64,000 nucleotides of DNA, taken from positions 2,108,001-2,172,000 of the forward strand of contig OZ361257.1 of assembly GCA_977018835.1 (NCBI GenBank), read 5' to 3'. The notes under the pieces were generated by a model, which worked only from the letters and a program-made list of their open reading frames with translations, did not search any database and had not been told where the DNA came from. A program made the position numbers and the translations under genes. Positions within the stretch are counted from its first letter, which is position 1, and every line of letters begins with the position of its first letter. Positions 45,301 through 56,426 of this stretch are shown piece by piece. This DNA comes from Minutocellus sp. GHC0000111. Lineage: Eukaryota.

Positions 45301-48156
45301 TCCCGATCCCCGCCCTCTGATCCATGTCTGCGATCGTTTCGATTTCGTTGACGAGCTTACGGATTACCTGTACTTGAACAGTCTGCTGCAGTACATTGAG
45401 GTTTACGTTACCAAGGTTTCGCCTGCCAAGACCCCCCAGGTCGTCGGCAAGCTGTTCGATCTTGGCGCCAACGAGGACTTCATCAAGCGCATTCTGATGG
45501 CTGTCGGATCTGCCTGCCCCGTCGATGAGATGGTCGAGGTTGCCGAGACTCGCAACCGCCTTCGTCTCCTCCAGCCCTGGCTTGAGGCCCGTGTTGCCAC
45601 TGGCAGTACCGAGCCCGGAACTCACAATGCTCTCGGTAAGATCTACATTACCCTCAACCGTGATCCTAAGGCTTTCTTGATGAACAATATGTTCTACGAT
45701 CCCAAGGTCCTCGGCCCTTACTGCGAGAGCCTCGACCCCTCCTTGGCGTTTGTGGCTTACAAGAAGGGTGCCGGCGAGTGTGATGATGAGCTTATTGCCA
45801 TCAGCAACAACCACGGTCTTTACCGCGACCTTGCCAAATACTTGGTCGAGCGCCAGGATCTTGACCTTTGGGCCAAGGTCCTGAACAAGAAAGAGGGCGA
45901 GGAAGGCGAGGATCCCAACTGCCGCCAGCTCATCGACCAGATTGTTGAGTGGGCTCTTCCTGAGAGTACTTCGGCTGATGAGGTTTCTGTCACTGTCAAG
46001 GCCTTCATGGCCGCCGACCTTCCCGGAGAGCTCATTACGCTCCTCGAGCGTATCATTCTGCAGGGATCGGACTTTTCTGATAACAAGAACCTTCAGAACC
46101 TTCTCATCCTCACTGCTATCCGTGCCGATACCACCCGTGTTGCTTCGTACATTGATCAGCTTGACAATTTCGATGCCAAGGATATCGCTCTGATTTGCGT
46201 TTCCGAGAGTCACATGCTGTACGAGGAAGCCTTCACCATCTACCAGAAGTTCTCCAGGCCCGAGTTTACCGAGGACAAGGACGATCAGGTCGAGATGCAG
46301 GTGTCGGCTATTGGTGTCGTTGTTGATTTCCTTAAGGATCTCGATCGCGCCAAGACGTATGCCACGCAGGTTGATGAGAAGCCCGTCTGGCCTCGTCTTG
46401 GTAAGGCCCAGCTTGAGGAGAAGTGCGCTGCCGATGCCATTGAGAGTTTCATCAATGCCGAGGATCCCAGCGAGTACGTCATGGTGTGCGCCGAGTCGAA
46501 CGAGGCCGAGATATGGGATGAGCTTATCCCTTACCTCAAGATGGCTCGCAAGTCTCTGCAGGTGAACTTGCTCGATACGGAGCTCATCTACGCGTACGCC
46601 AAGACGAACAACCTCACCGAGATGGAGCAGTTCGTCAACGGACCCAACGTGGCCAACATCCAGAATATTGGCGACCGATGCTTCGACGAGGGCCTGTACC
46701 ATGCTGCCAAGATCCTCTTCTCCAGCATCAACAACAACTCCAAGCTTGCTTTGTGCCACATCAATCTCGAGGAGTACCGCGAGGCCGTCGCCGCCGCTAC
46801 CAAGGCCAACAACGTTTCCACCTGGAAGCAGGTTTGCTTTGCCTGCCTTCGAGCCGAGGAGTTCCGTCTTGCTGCTACTTGCGGTCTTGAGGTCATTAAG
46901 TACCCCGATCACGTCGATGAGGTCGTTGCTTACTACTCTGACCTTGGCCTCTTCACTCATCTCGTTTCGCTCTTTGAGCAGGGACTTGGTCTCGAGGATG
47001 CTCACATCGGCATCTTCACCGAGTTGGGCGTTCTCTACACCAAGCATGTTCCCGACAAGGTCATGGAGCATTGCAAGGTGTTCTTCAGCAAGCTCAATGT
47101 TGGCAAGGTTGTTCGTGCTTGCGAGCGGGCTCGTCTGTTCCCTCCTGCCGTGTACCTTTACATGGCCGACAAGCTGTACGACAATGCCGTCAAGGTGATG
47201 ATGGACCGCGCTCCTGCCTGGGAGAACGATCTCTTCTTGGACTCTATTACCATGGTCCGCAATGCCGAGATCATGTACAAGGCCGTTAGCTTCTACCTGA
47301 CCATGCACCCCTCTCTCTTCACCCGTCTGATGGAGGTATTGGAGGAGAACATCGATCATTCTCGTGTTGTCAACCAGCTCCGTCGTACCGGTGACCATGC
47401 CTTGCAATTGGGACAGGACTACATGAAGTCTGTGCAGAAGCTCAACTTGAGCCCCGTCAACGAGGCTCTCAACGAGCTTTATGTCGAGGACGAGGATTAC
47501 GAGTCTCTGCGAAAGTCGATCGACAGCTTCAACAACTTCAACATGATTGCCCTCGCCTCCAAGCTTTCTTCACACGAGCTCCTCGAGTTCCGTCGCATCT
47601 CTGCCTACGTGTACCGCTGCAACAAGAAGTGGAGCCAGTCTATTGAGCTTTCCAAGGGCGATCGTATGTGGAAGGATTGCATCGATACTGCCAACGAGTC
47701 CGCTGATCCCGAGATCATTGAGAACCTCTTGCGCTTCTTCTGCGATTCGTCTGAGAAGGAGTGCTTCTGCGCTGCTCTGTACACATGCTTCTCGCACATC
47801 AGCCCCGACCTTGCTCTCGAGCTTGGATGGGTCAACGGCTACACCCATTACATCATCCCCTTTTTTATGCAGACCTTCAAGCAGACCCACGATCGTCTCA
47901 AGAAGCTCGAGGAGCGCACGGCACCGCCGAAGGAGGATGGCAATGTGCAGGATGCTGTCGCTGGCACTTACGGCAACCTTGGTGGATTTGGCAACGGTAT
48001 GCTCATGATCGAGAATGGCGGCGGTATGGGTGGAATGCCCGGCCCGATGCCTCCTCAAGGCGGTATCGATATGAGTGGCTTCGCTGGAGCCCAGCACAGC
48101 CTGGTATGATGCCTCCGCAAGGGATGATGCCCAACGGTGGCATGCCGCAGATGTAA
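42387..48156 (+). CDS. CHC: Clathrin heavy chain (2 exons; stop at 48109 as assembled, 48156 if a 1-nt indel at ~48091 is corrected)
   Basis: Exon 42387-42428 MAAAVPIVFSEALN joined to 43034-. RRPIQAEASIMNP, GNMQLYSVEKKVSQPLQGHA, KLPDPRPLIHVCDRFDFV, NLQNLLILTAI, HELLEFRRISAY. Confidence 0.98.
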
Positions 48157-48475
48157 GAGTTCCCGGTGCATTCGTTTTTACAAAACATGGGGGGCAACGA
48201 ATAACGATTACGCAATCAAAATGTGCCAGTAAAGGAGGGATACACAGCAGCATTGTGCCTGTCTGTCTCCGGAGCGGATATTTATGGACTGACCACCCAT
48301 TTTTTGCTCACTGGAGAACCATCATTCGATGACGACGATAGCCCAGAGTTGAATAGCTCTCCTTTTCCATGTGCGCTGAACCTTTCTACTCAAAATTTTA
48401 ATTGAATAATTATAATCATATCTATTGAGAGATTATTCCAGCTATGTGCAATATTAATTGATCTCTACCATGGTA

Positions 48476-51400
48476 CTACCTGTTTGATTTCGTGTGCCTT
48501 TCGTTCCAGTTAGCGATTAAATTTTCAGTCTTCAGTCGGCCCTCGATAAGCCACCTTGCTCGATTGTCCTGGACACACTGAGCAAATAACTTGCCGGTTT
48601 CATCATCAAAGATGCCTGGCTCGGCCAGTTTCCTTGCCAGCGGCATGATGTAGATGTCCATGAATACGATCTGCCCTTCAAACCAAGACGCCTCGGGATC
48701 GTCCCCTCTGGCAACAACGGCGCTTGCCTTCTGCTCGCGATAAAGACGAGACGACCACTTATTGAGATTATCAAAACTTTGCATGAGAGCGGCAACGTCG
48801 GCCGCCTTTATGAGGTGCTCAAGAATTGCCGATACCTTTAGCTCGTCGTATTCCTCTTCCTCCGACTCATCATCCACATCTCCCAAGACGTCGAGCGCAT
48901 CTCGAGATGGTATTCTTTTGATTGCCGGGCGAGGAGCATATGTCTCGATGGGCTGTCCTGTCAAATCGACAGCGCGGATAATACCAAGACGCAACTCGTA
49001 TTTCGGAGCCTTGGACATATTGGGCAAAGAGAAGCGCCGGACCATTTTGGTTCGCAAATCTTGTCTACCATCGGCGCTACCCTTGCTGAGGGATGGCGGG
49101 AGCTTGCTGTGACCCCGAGCCGGCGATGTCAGCAGTTTTCGGTCTGATGCTGCTCGTTTCCATCCTTGTCCTCGATTCACATCGCCCATGGCCCTTTGGA
49201 TCGATGGATGGATCCTTGTTTGATTATCGTAAGTGACTCCTGCCGACTTTGCTCGATGGTGGAAGTTGCCTGGCCCCGTGCCGGCGGATGCCGGCATATT
49301 GAACATATCACGCTGTTCCAATTCCAGCTTGGACAGGGTTACACCTGAAACGATGACACCGTCATGAGGATCATCATGTACATCTTCACCACGTGCACCA
49401 CAACCAGTGCTATCTTCTTCAATGGCCGATGGCGAGCTCGTAGTAGTACTGACGGAGTCACCGTCAGAGCTAATTTCATCCTCCTCTTCATCGTCATGAA
49501 ACGAAGACGACTGTTCTTGTGAATCCGCCGAGAAGCGATGAGACTGCGGCGACAGCAGTTGCCCTCCAGGCTGAACAGTCAGGGACATACGTGTGTTTGC
49601 CATCTCTTTCGCCATCCCATCCATTCCCATGTTGCGAGCTGAAACGGAATCCGTCTCCCCCTTCAAATATCCCAGTCCCATCGACACCCTTCCCCGGAAG
49701 AATGATGACTTGAGTGTTTGCGGTTGCGGGATTTCATCTCCCGGGAGAGACGACGTGCCATCGGACCGCACAGACGAGGTAGAATCCGCCCGTCGGAGTA
49801 CCGGTAGCTGCTCGGCCTGGAGAGGATCCACGATGGAAACTCTGGCACTGCTGCAATCGGACGATTTGCGTCTGGAGGACGATCGGAGCGCCGGCGGTGC
49901 TGCCATTCTCATCTTCCGACCATGATCGCCAATTTCATCCTCGTCGGTATCGCCCTCGCAATCCTTCAGGGGTTGCGTGAACGTATCACCCGCTCGAAGG
50001 CCATGATCTGCGTCATTCCCACCGATGGCAGTGTCGTTATCTGCTCGCTTTCGGAGGTCCGCAAGGAGAGACGGTTGAGCTCCCTCCTCCTTCTCGGGCA
50101 GATCCGTCTCATCCGACTCCTCCCCTTCCTCCCCCTCTTCCCCAACCCGCTCAACGATTTGCGGCGGCGAATGCATCATAGCGGCACCGCCGCCATCAAT
50201 CGAGTGCTGTCGGTGGTGAATCGCCGAGCTGGCCGCCATGCTGCTCCTCCGCCGCTGCTCCGCCTGGGCCGCGGTGGGAAAGGCCTCCTTCCACTTGCTC
50301 TTGACGATCTGGGTGCGTTCCGGGCTGGCAATGTCGGTCGTGAGGACGAGATCGATCACCACCTTGCGGAAACGTTGGTAGTCCTCTCGGCTTGCGAACG
50401 TGACGTCCCTGAGGCGATCAAAGTCCGGCGACAGCAGGGTGGAGAAGGCGACGGCCAACGACCGTTGCTCGGCGACGCTCTGGTCGTTGTACAGGAGCGC
50501 CAATTCGTCTGCCTCGTCGACGAGCCGCCGGTTGGTAATGCCTGTGTGGTCGACGTCGTGGATGAGGGCGGAGAAGACAAAGGCCAGATGCGTCAGGGTG
50601 TCGTTGCGCAGCCCGTACAGCTTCCTCTTCTTCATGTTCTTCCCTCGCTGCTGCTGCTTATTGGTCTTGGTATTATAGCCATTGTCATTAGCATCGGCGT
50701 TGTTGTTGTCCCGTTGTTGCCGTCGTCTCCGTTGTTGCCGCTCCCGAAAGGCCTCGGTCGTCCCCACGCCAGCAGCGACAGCTGTACTTGCACCCATATC
50801 ATCCTCTCCCATATCCTCCTCCTCCTCCTCCTCCTGCGGCTGCTCGCACAGCATCATGTCGAGGAGCTTGCTGGCGGACAACGTGACGTGGTAGCAGTGC
50901 TCGACGTTGTGGTAGTGCACGGCCCTATAGTCGGAGCAGATCCGGTGGACGTACTCTCGCAATTGGCGCACCACCTCGGCCGTTATGGAGGGCTGGGGCC
51001 AGGCGTGCGGGGCAGTGGCAGAGGAAGCAGAGGCAGCAGAATTGGCCGCAGCTCTAGCTTCGGCGGCACGGTCCAGCTCCGTCCGTGCAATGGTGGTGGT
51101 CGACAGGTCGGGATAGTCGACGAGGGAGTAGCGATGCTCGCTGCCACCGCTGTTTGCAGTGCCTCGACTACCGCTCAAACCATCGCTGCCAGTATCAGTA
51201 GTAGCACACGCAGCAGCAGCAGCAGCAGCAGTATCGCTGGTGTTGACCAGCGCCACGATCCTAACGAGGAGCAAGCTGACGATCCGATCGACGATGGGGG
51301 AAATGTCGTCCGTTTCCGCGCTGGGAGGGGTCACGCCGAGGGTGCGTCGGCTGCCGGCGACCCCCTTTGTCGTCGTCTCCGCTGCTGCTGCCGAAGAAGA

Positions 51401-51730
51401 AGACAAAGATGAAGGCTGCGACGGCAATGGCGGGTCGTTCAACAGGTCGAGGTCCAGCCCAAGGTCGGGCCAGGGCTGGCGGCAAAGCGACAGCGCCAGG
51501 GCGGCGTACGGTGGTCCGACGGCACCTGCACCAGGTCCAGAGGCGCTGTTGGTGCCGTCGCTGCTGCAGTGACATGCCGACGTGGATCCGCCGCCGTTTG
51601 CTGCTGCTGCCTTCTGTACTGCTGCCGCCGCCCCATGGGTACTACTCCTCGTGCCGTCGCAATCAGAACCAGCACCATCAGAACCAGCATCACCGGACTC
51701 CGCCACCAGCGCCCGGCTTTGGGCCGTCAT
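48476..51730 (-). CDS. Class I 3',5'-cyclic nucleotide phosphodiesterase with large low-complexity insertions
   Basis: YHNVEHCYHV, SALIHDVDHTGITN, LYNDQSVAEQRSL, LVLTTDI, IKAADV, WFEGQIVFMDIYIMPLARKL. Confidence 0.9.
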   Translation of the reverse strand: MTAQSRALVAESGDAGSDGAGSDCDGTRSSTHGAAAAVQKAAAANGGGSTSACHCSSDGTNSASGPGAGAVGPPYAALALSLCRQPWPDLGLDLDLLNDPPLPSQPSSLSSSSAAAAETTTKGVAGSRRTLGVTPPSAETDDISPIVDRIVSLLLVRIVALVNTSDTAAAAAAACATTDTGSDGLSGSRGTANSGGSEHRYSLVDYPDLSTTTIARTELDRAAEARAAANSAASASSATAPHAWPQPSITAEVVRQLREYVHRICSDYRAVHYHNVEHCYHVTLSASKLLDMMLCEQPQEEEEEEDMGEDDMGASTAVAAGVGTTEAFRERQQRRRRQQRDNNNADANDNGYNTKTNKQQQRGKNMKKRKLYGLRNDTLTHLAFVFSALIHDVDHTGITNRRLVDEADELALLYNDQSVAEQRSLAVAFSTLLSPDFDRLRDVTFASREDYQRFRKVVIDLVLTTDIASPERTQIVKSKWKEAFPTAAQAEQRRRSSMAASSAIHHRQHSIDGGGAAMMHSPPQIVERVGEEGEEGEESDETDLPEKEEGAQPSLLADLRKRADNDTAIGGNDADHGLRAGDTFTQPLKDCEGDTDEDEIGDHGRKMRMAAPPALRSSSRRKSSDCSSARVSIVDPLQAEQLPVLRRADSTSSVRSDGTSSLPGDEIPQPQTLKSSFFRGRVSMGLGYLKGETDSVSARNMGMDGMAKEMANTRMSLTVQPGGQLLSPQSHRFSADSQEQSSSFHDDEEEDEISSDGDSVSTTTSSPSAIEEDSTGCGARGEDVHDDPHDGVIVSGVTLSKLELEQRDMFNMPASAGTGPGNFHHRAKSAGVTYDNQTRIHPSIQRAMGDVNRGQGWKRAASDRKLLTSPARGHSKLPPSLSKGSADGRQDLRTKMVRRFSLPNMSKAPKYELRLGIIRAVDLTGQPIETYAPRPAIKRIPSRDALDVLGDVDDESEEEEYDELKVSAILEHLIKAADVAALMQSFDNLNKWSSRLYREQKASAVVARGDDPEASWFEGQIVFMDIYIMPLARKLAEPGIFDDETGKLFAQCVQDNRARWLIEGRLKTENLIANWNERHTKSNR

Positions 51731-52375
51731 GGCTTGCACGAAAGTCGGTCAGGTCTACTAGTATTACTAGCTAGTAGTCCAAGTGCCGGTAGGACGTATA
51801 CGGACCCAGCTCTTAGCCCAGGGCACCGGCCGAACGAGTTCAGCTCTACTCGTTAAGGCGCTGTGTGGCCGGGATTGGCATGTCAGCATGTGGCGGGGGC
51901 CCGGCCGCCTTCGCTTGAAAGATACCTAGGTACAGCGTCACGTGTTGATGACCGAAGATGGAAAATTGGAACGTCATGCCGAAAGTGAAGCGGAATCGCC
52001 CCATATTTTTGCACCATGCGCTAACAGTCATGTCAGACCAATTACGCCCATGCCATGACAGCAGCTGCTGCCCGCCCAAGGCCCGCAGCCGCCGACTGGA
52101 GGGTCATGTCCAAGCTACGGCGGACGACGTAGCTGCTTTCCGGCTTCCTGCTACTGTACCATGGTACGGTCGTATGGCGGTAGACACGTGCTGTAACAAT
52201 GAACGCAAGAATGACACTTTTTGCAGCCAACGAAAGCAGCAGCAGGCTGATGAGTGTGATCGTGATGCGATGCCCGTCAGCACTTACTTGGACTTGTGCT
52301 TACTACGATGCATCTTCAGACGAAGACGACGGCGTGCAAAACACACGCATGTGATTGTGCATTGCATTGCACAAG

Positions 52376-54709
52376 ATGACGACGACAAATCCCTCCTCCT
52401 CCACCCCAACCCCAACCACCTCCCTATCCCAGTCCATCCTGTCCATGATTTCCTTCACCCGGGCCCGCCGTCGGGCCACCCGGCAGCTCCGAACCCTAAA
52501 GCTCGAGCTGGAAGACGACGTCGTCAATGCCGAAGTACGGCGGGTGGGGACCATCCAGCACCTGATGGACGACGGACGGCACGACGATGCCCTTCGACAA
52601 CTCCTCCAGGACACCGAGTCGGATTTGCACTACTTCAACCGGCTGCGGCATCATCACCATCGGCAGCAGCAGCAGATGTTGCCGGTGAAAGAAGCAGGGA
52701 CACTGGCAGTCGAGGCTGCAGAGGATGATGATGATAATGGCGAAACTGACAAACCTTGCCAATGGCTGGGAATCGACCCCAGCACCGGCTTCAAGTACCG
52801 CTGCATCAATGCCTGCGCCAAGCACCCCTGGAAGACGTACAGGAACGTGCACGGAGACGAAGAATCAGTCCGGATGGATTTCTGTCCCTACCACGTGCGA
52901 TATTGTCTGGACCCCAACAGGCGCCACGTGCACAATGCTGGCGCCGGGGAGGACTTGGTTGAGGTCCAATGTCCCAATAGGTGGGGTCTGTGCAATGGCT
53001 GCTACGTCCAGATCCATCGGCATCGTCCTCCGGTACGTGGTAGCGTTCGCATATCGGGAAGAAGACGATTCGTGCGAGATGATGAAAAGCAAGTCAATGA
53101 GTTTGTCGAACTTCATCGCATTTCTCAGGCTGCACTGTATCTTTGCTGCATATGTCGCGGATTCATTGCCCGGAGAAGAGCCCGGAAGACGAGAAGTGCC
53201 CTTCGTATTCAGAATGTGTGGAGACAGTTCCAAACCAAAACCCAACTTTTGCGCCATATCGAATACCAGCAACTCATACGAGATGCATCAAGAGCAGGGG
53301 CAGCCACCACGATCCAAAGGTGGGTGCAGAAACGATTGAGAGACGTGCGATGGCGAAGATACATACAGCCTTCAAACCATGCAATCGAAAGACTCTCGGC
53401 AAAGACTGATGTTGGAGGTTGTTTTGATACAAATGTAAAAGATCAGAACGTTATTGGGATATGCGATGACAACGCATCAATCTCTACGAATGCTCGTCGT
53501 GAAGTGGAGACGGCTCTTACCGGTGACGACCTCAGTGATTGTTCATCAGACGATTCTGCTACTAGTATCGCCCCGAACAAGGATGAGAGCGCTGAGATCG
53601 AGATGATCAACAGAAAGGATTCCGAGGCCATTTATTTTTATTCCTTACGAAGCGATCGTTCAAGAAATTGAATCACATACTATTGATAGCGAAATCAAGG
53701 AGGAGATTGAACGACGCATTTCGACGAGTGAGGACGAGATTGTCGATAGGATCCAATGCACTGTAACTTGCGAAAATTACTGTGTCGATGATACTGAAGA
53801 AGCATGTGATAAGGCTAAGAGAACTACCTCTGGTTCATGCAGTTGTCTTCCGAAGGCGCAGCAGCTCAAAATTGATAAGACGATTTTTCTGAAATACGAC
53901 ACTGATACACCTGTTCGAGAAGGTCCTCTTCAGGAACGAAAGGAACGGAAAGGGGCATTGGAAGGAGAGGGTATTTTCCATGTTGCCGACAATTTTGGCT
54001 TTGTTCCTCATTGTCACGGAGAATGCAGTTTGGACAGAGCATCGTTGAAGACTTCTGGTCTTGCCGCCATCAATGCTGCTGTTGGGTGTAAACTTTTCAA
54101 CAAGAGAGCAATTGAAGAGAGACATTTCTGGGTCAAAGAGAGGTGAAGATATTTCTGGGTCAAAGAGAGGTGAAGATATTTCAGTGTCCCAGGCGATTGA
54201 GGCGATGCAAAAGGACGCCTTCTGTCTTCAACGCGTGCTAAAGGGAGGGGATACAGTATGCTCAAAGATGCCCCGGCTTCTCGGCGAGGAGGGCGGTCGC
54301 TGTATCCTTTTGGTGCTCTCAAAACGCAGAGAAAAGGAAGGCGGTACTACTGATTACTTCTTTGCAGTGAATAGGTGGATGAAGATTATTTACGACTGTC
54401 AAGAAAGCTACGACCATTACATTGATTATGATCATGTTGCTATAGAGGATACGGAGGCTGTCGTTCAATTTTTTCGGGGTCTCAATATAATTCAAATCAA
54501 CAGGGTTTGGCGCGTCAAAATTCACCGTGATCATCTTTCCTGGTGGATATTTTATTGGCATGGTTCAGGAGGACGATCGCGCCCATGAAAAGGCTAAGAA
54601 AAGGCGCGAAAATCAGAAGCGTAAGAAAAGAGAGGAACAGAGGAAGCAGAATCAAAGTGATGCTGAGGCTCCTGGGAAACAGAAGAAAGCAAAAAGTGAT
54701 GTGCCTTGA
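52376..54709 (+). pseudogene. Cys/His-rich domain + IQ motifs + inactive papain-like domain; one gene broken by frameshifts at ~53635, ~54110 and ~54540 (pseudogene or assembly errors)
   Basis: FCPYH..C..H..NRWGLCNGCY; ICRGFIARR, ALRIQNVWRQ, ATTIQRWVQ. The frame 53640-54146 is open and, with ORFs 54061-54588 and 54527-54709, aligns to the C-terminal domain of ORF 59169-61256. Confidence 0.6.
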
Positions 54710-54838
54710 GTACATGAGTAGCGCAATGATCATTTCGGTTCCTTATCATTAAAGTACGCCTTGAGCCTCGCTACTACGTAGCTAGAAAGATATAATTGAG
54801 CACCATGATATATTTGTTCACATATTATATATATATAT

Positions 54839-55146
54839 GTTAGTCCCAAAATGCGCACTGTCCCAGTTCGCGAACTGGGATCCCAGTTTGCGAACTGAGA
54901 TTCATTTATCCCAGTTTGCGCACTGGGCCCTAGTTCCCAAACTAGGATCTCAGTTTGCGCACTGATACTACCAGAATGGAAACTGAGATAAACACGCCAA
55001 TCCGAATTGGGGAACCAGATATATGTTAGTCCCAAAATGCGCACTGTCCCAGTTCGCGAACTGGGATCTCAGTTTGCGCACTGGGATTTATTTATCCCAG
55101 TTCGGAAACTGGGATCCCAGGCACAATCTCAGTTCGCAAACTGAGA
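54839..55146. repeat. Array of ~11 palindromic ~20-bp units (TCCCAGTTYGCGMACTGGGA) with a 186-bp higher-order repeat, next to a (TA)n tract
   Basis: gttagtcccaaaatgcgcactgtcccagttcgcgaactgggatc at 54839 and 55025; tcccagttcgcgaactggga is a perfect palindrome. Confidence 0.9.
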
Positions 55147-56085
55147 TCGATTGACAAATAATGAACACTTAGCAAGGATGATATCGCCTTTGCTTCTTTT
55201 CGCTTCATTTTTTCATTCGGCCAAAGAATGGAAAGCATCGTCATTTGCTCTGATCCCGGCGGCGGCGGTGACAACGGGGTAATGGCAATGTTGATTTTGC
55301 TGACATTTGTATTGGCCACCGCCGCTTTTGCTCGGATGGCCTCGATCTCGGCCGTTTCGTCGTCGTCGAGCAGATCGTCGTACTCGTCGTCGGACGAATC
55401 GTTCCCATCTCCATTGCCGTTGCCGTCGCCCCCATCTCCGCCTCCGCTCGACTTGCCATTCTCCTCGTTCTCCTTGTCGAGCATCTGCCTCCGCACCTGC
55501 TCCCGCAGTCCCTTGACGCGCTCCACCTCCTCGGCCCGCCGCCGCTCGGCCTGAGCGACGTGCGACCGCTGCGCCCGGCTCCGCTCGGCCTGGATGCGGT
55601 TGGCCTCCCGGTAGGCCGCCCCCGTTGGGGCTCGGTCCGGGTCGTCGATTTCGTTGGTCCCCGCCGCGTGCTTCTGCTTCAGCTCTTCCATCGACTTTTG
55701 CATCCGCTCGTTGACGTTCTTGGACATCTCCTTGTGGTATTCCTTGGAATCGTCGTCCTGGTGGGGTTTTGTTGGTGGGTAGATGGGAGGGTGGATGGGA
55801 TTTGTGGGGTGAGTTTTGAGTTTGGTCATTGGTGTAAGTAAGAATGATAATGAGGGTGGCTGTTGCATGGCAGCAACTTGCAAACTAAAGATACGCCGCC
55901 CCCAATATAGAATCAAAGGGGTGTCGAATCATTTGGAATTCGTCAACCATAATACTAGTACACAGCTACGTAGCAACTCCAATACTCACCATGCCAGCGA
56001 ACGGGTCGGCCATCGGCCCGAGGGGGTTGGCGGCCACAAACTTGGCCGCCTTGCCCCCTCCGGCACTCTCTTGGTTGGAGGGCAT
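55092..56085 (-). pseudogene. Coiled-coil/acidic protein resembling the N-terminus of a phosducin-like thioredoxin protein, apparently truncated at ~55330
   Basis: Exons 56085-55990 (ATG|gtgagt) and 55757-. DDEYDDLLDDDETAEIEAIR is followed by an abrupt loss of coding-like codon usage and read-through into the palindromic array. Confidence 0.45.
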
Positions 56086-56426
56086 TGCTGTTGGTGATTG
56101 TTTATTTCGATTCTCAAATCAATGACAATACACAACAAAAGGTTTGCAGTGCACGCTGGATCGTCGAGATGGTGCAATGGCCCAACTAACGCTGTAGTGT
56201 AATAAAATGAGGTTGAGGCGTGTGCCTCGATCGATCGGTTTGAACAGTAGGTAAGTTGAAAATGAGGCATGCTGCACGAGATTTCAAAATAATCCCCGAA
56301 AATTGAAAAAATGAGACCAGAGCTGTGACAGCTGTGAGATGCTCGGCTCCATATGCTCCATGCATTGCTTGCGTTTCGACCTACTACGTAGAAGCTTGAC
56401 GCAGCAAAGTTCAGAGCTAAAGGATC

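Noticed and set aside
44084..47407. 1107-aa antisense ORF (likewise 1458-2672, 4556-5485, 34265-36052, 49922-51412, 18177-19649)
   Set aside because: Shadow ORFs caused by the strong codon bias of the real gene on the opposite strand; no motifs.
54839..55146. CRISPR array
   Set aside because: Palindromic units abut or have short irregular linkers; no unique equal-length spacers, no cas genes, eukaryotic context.
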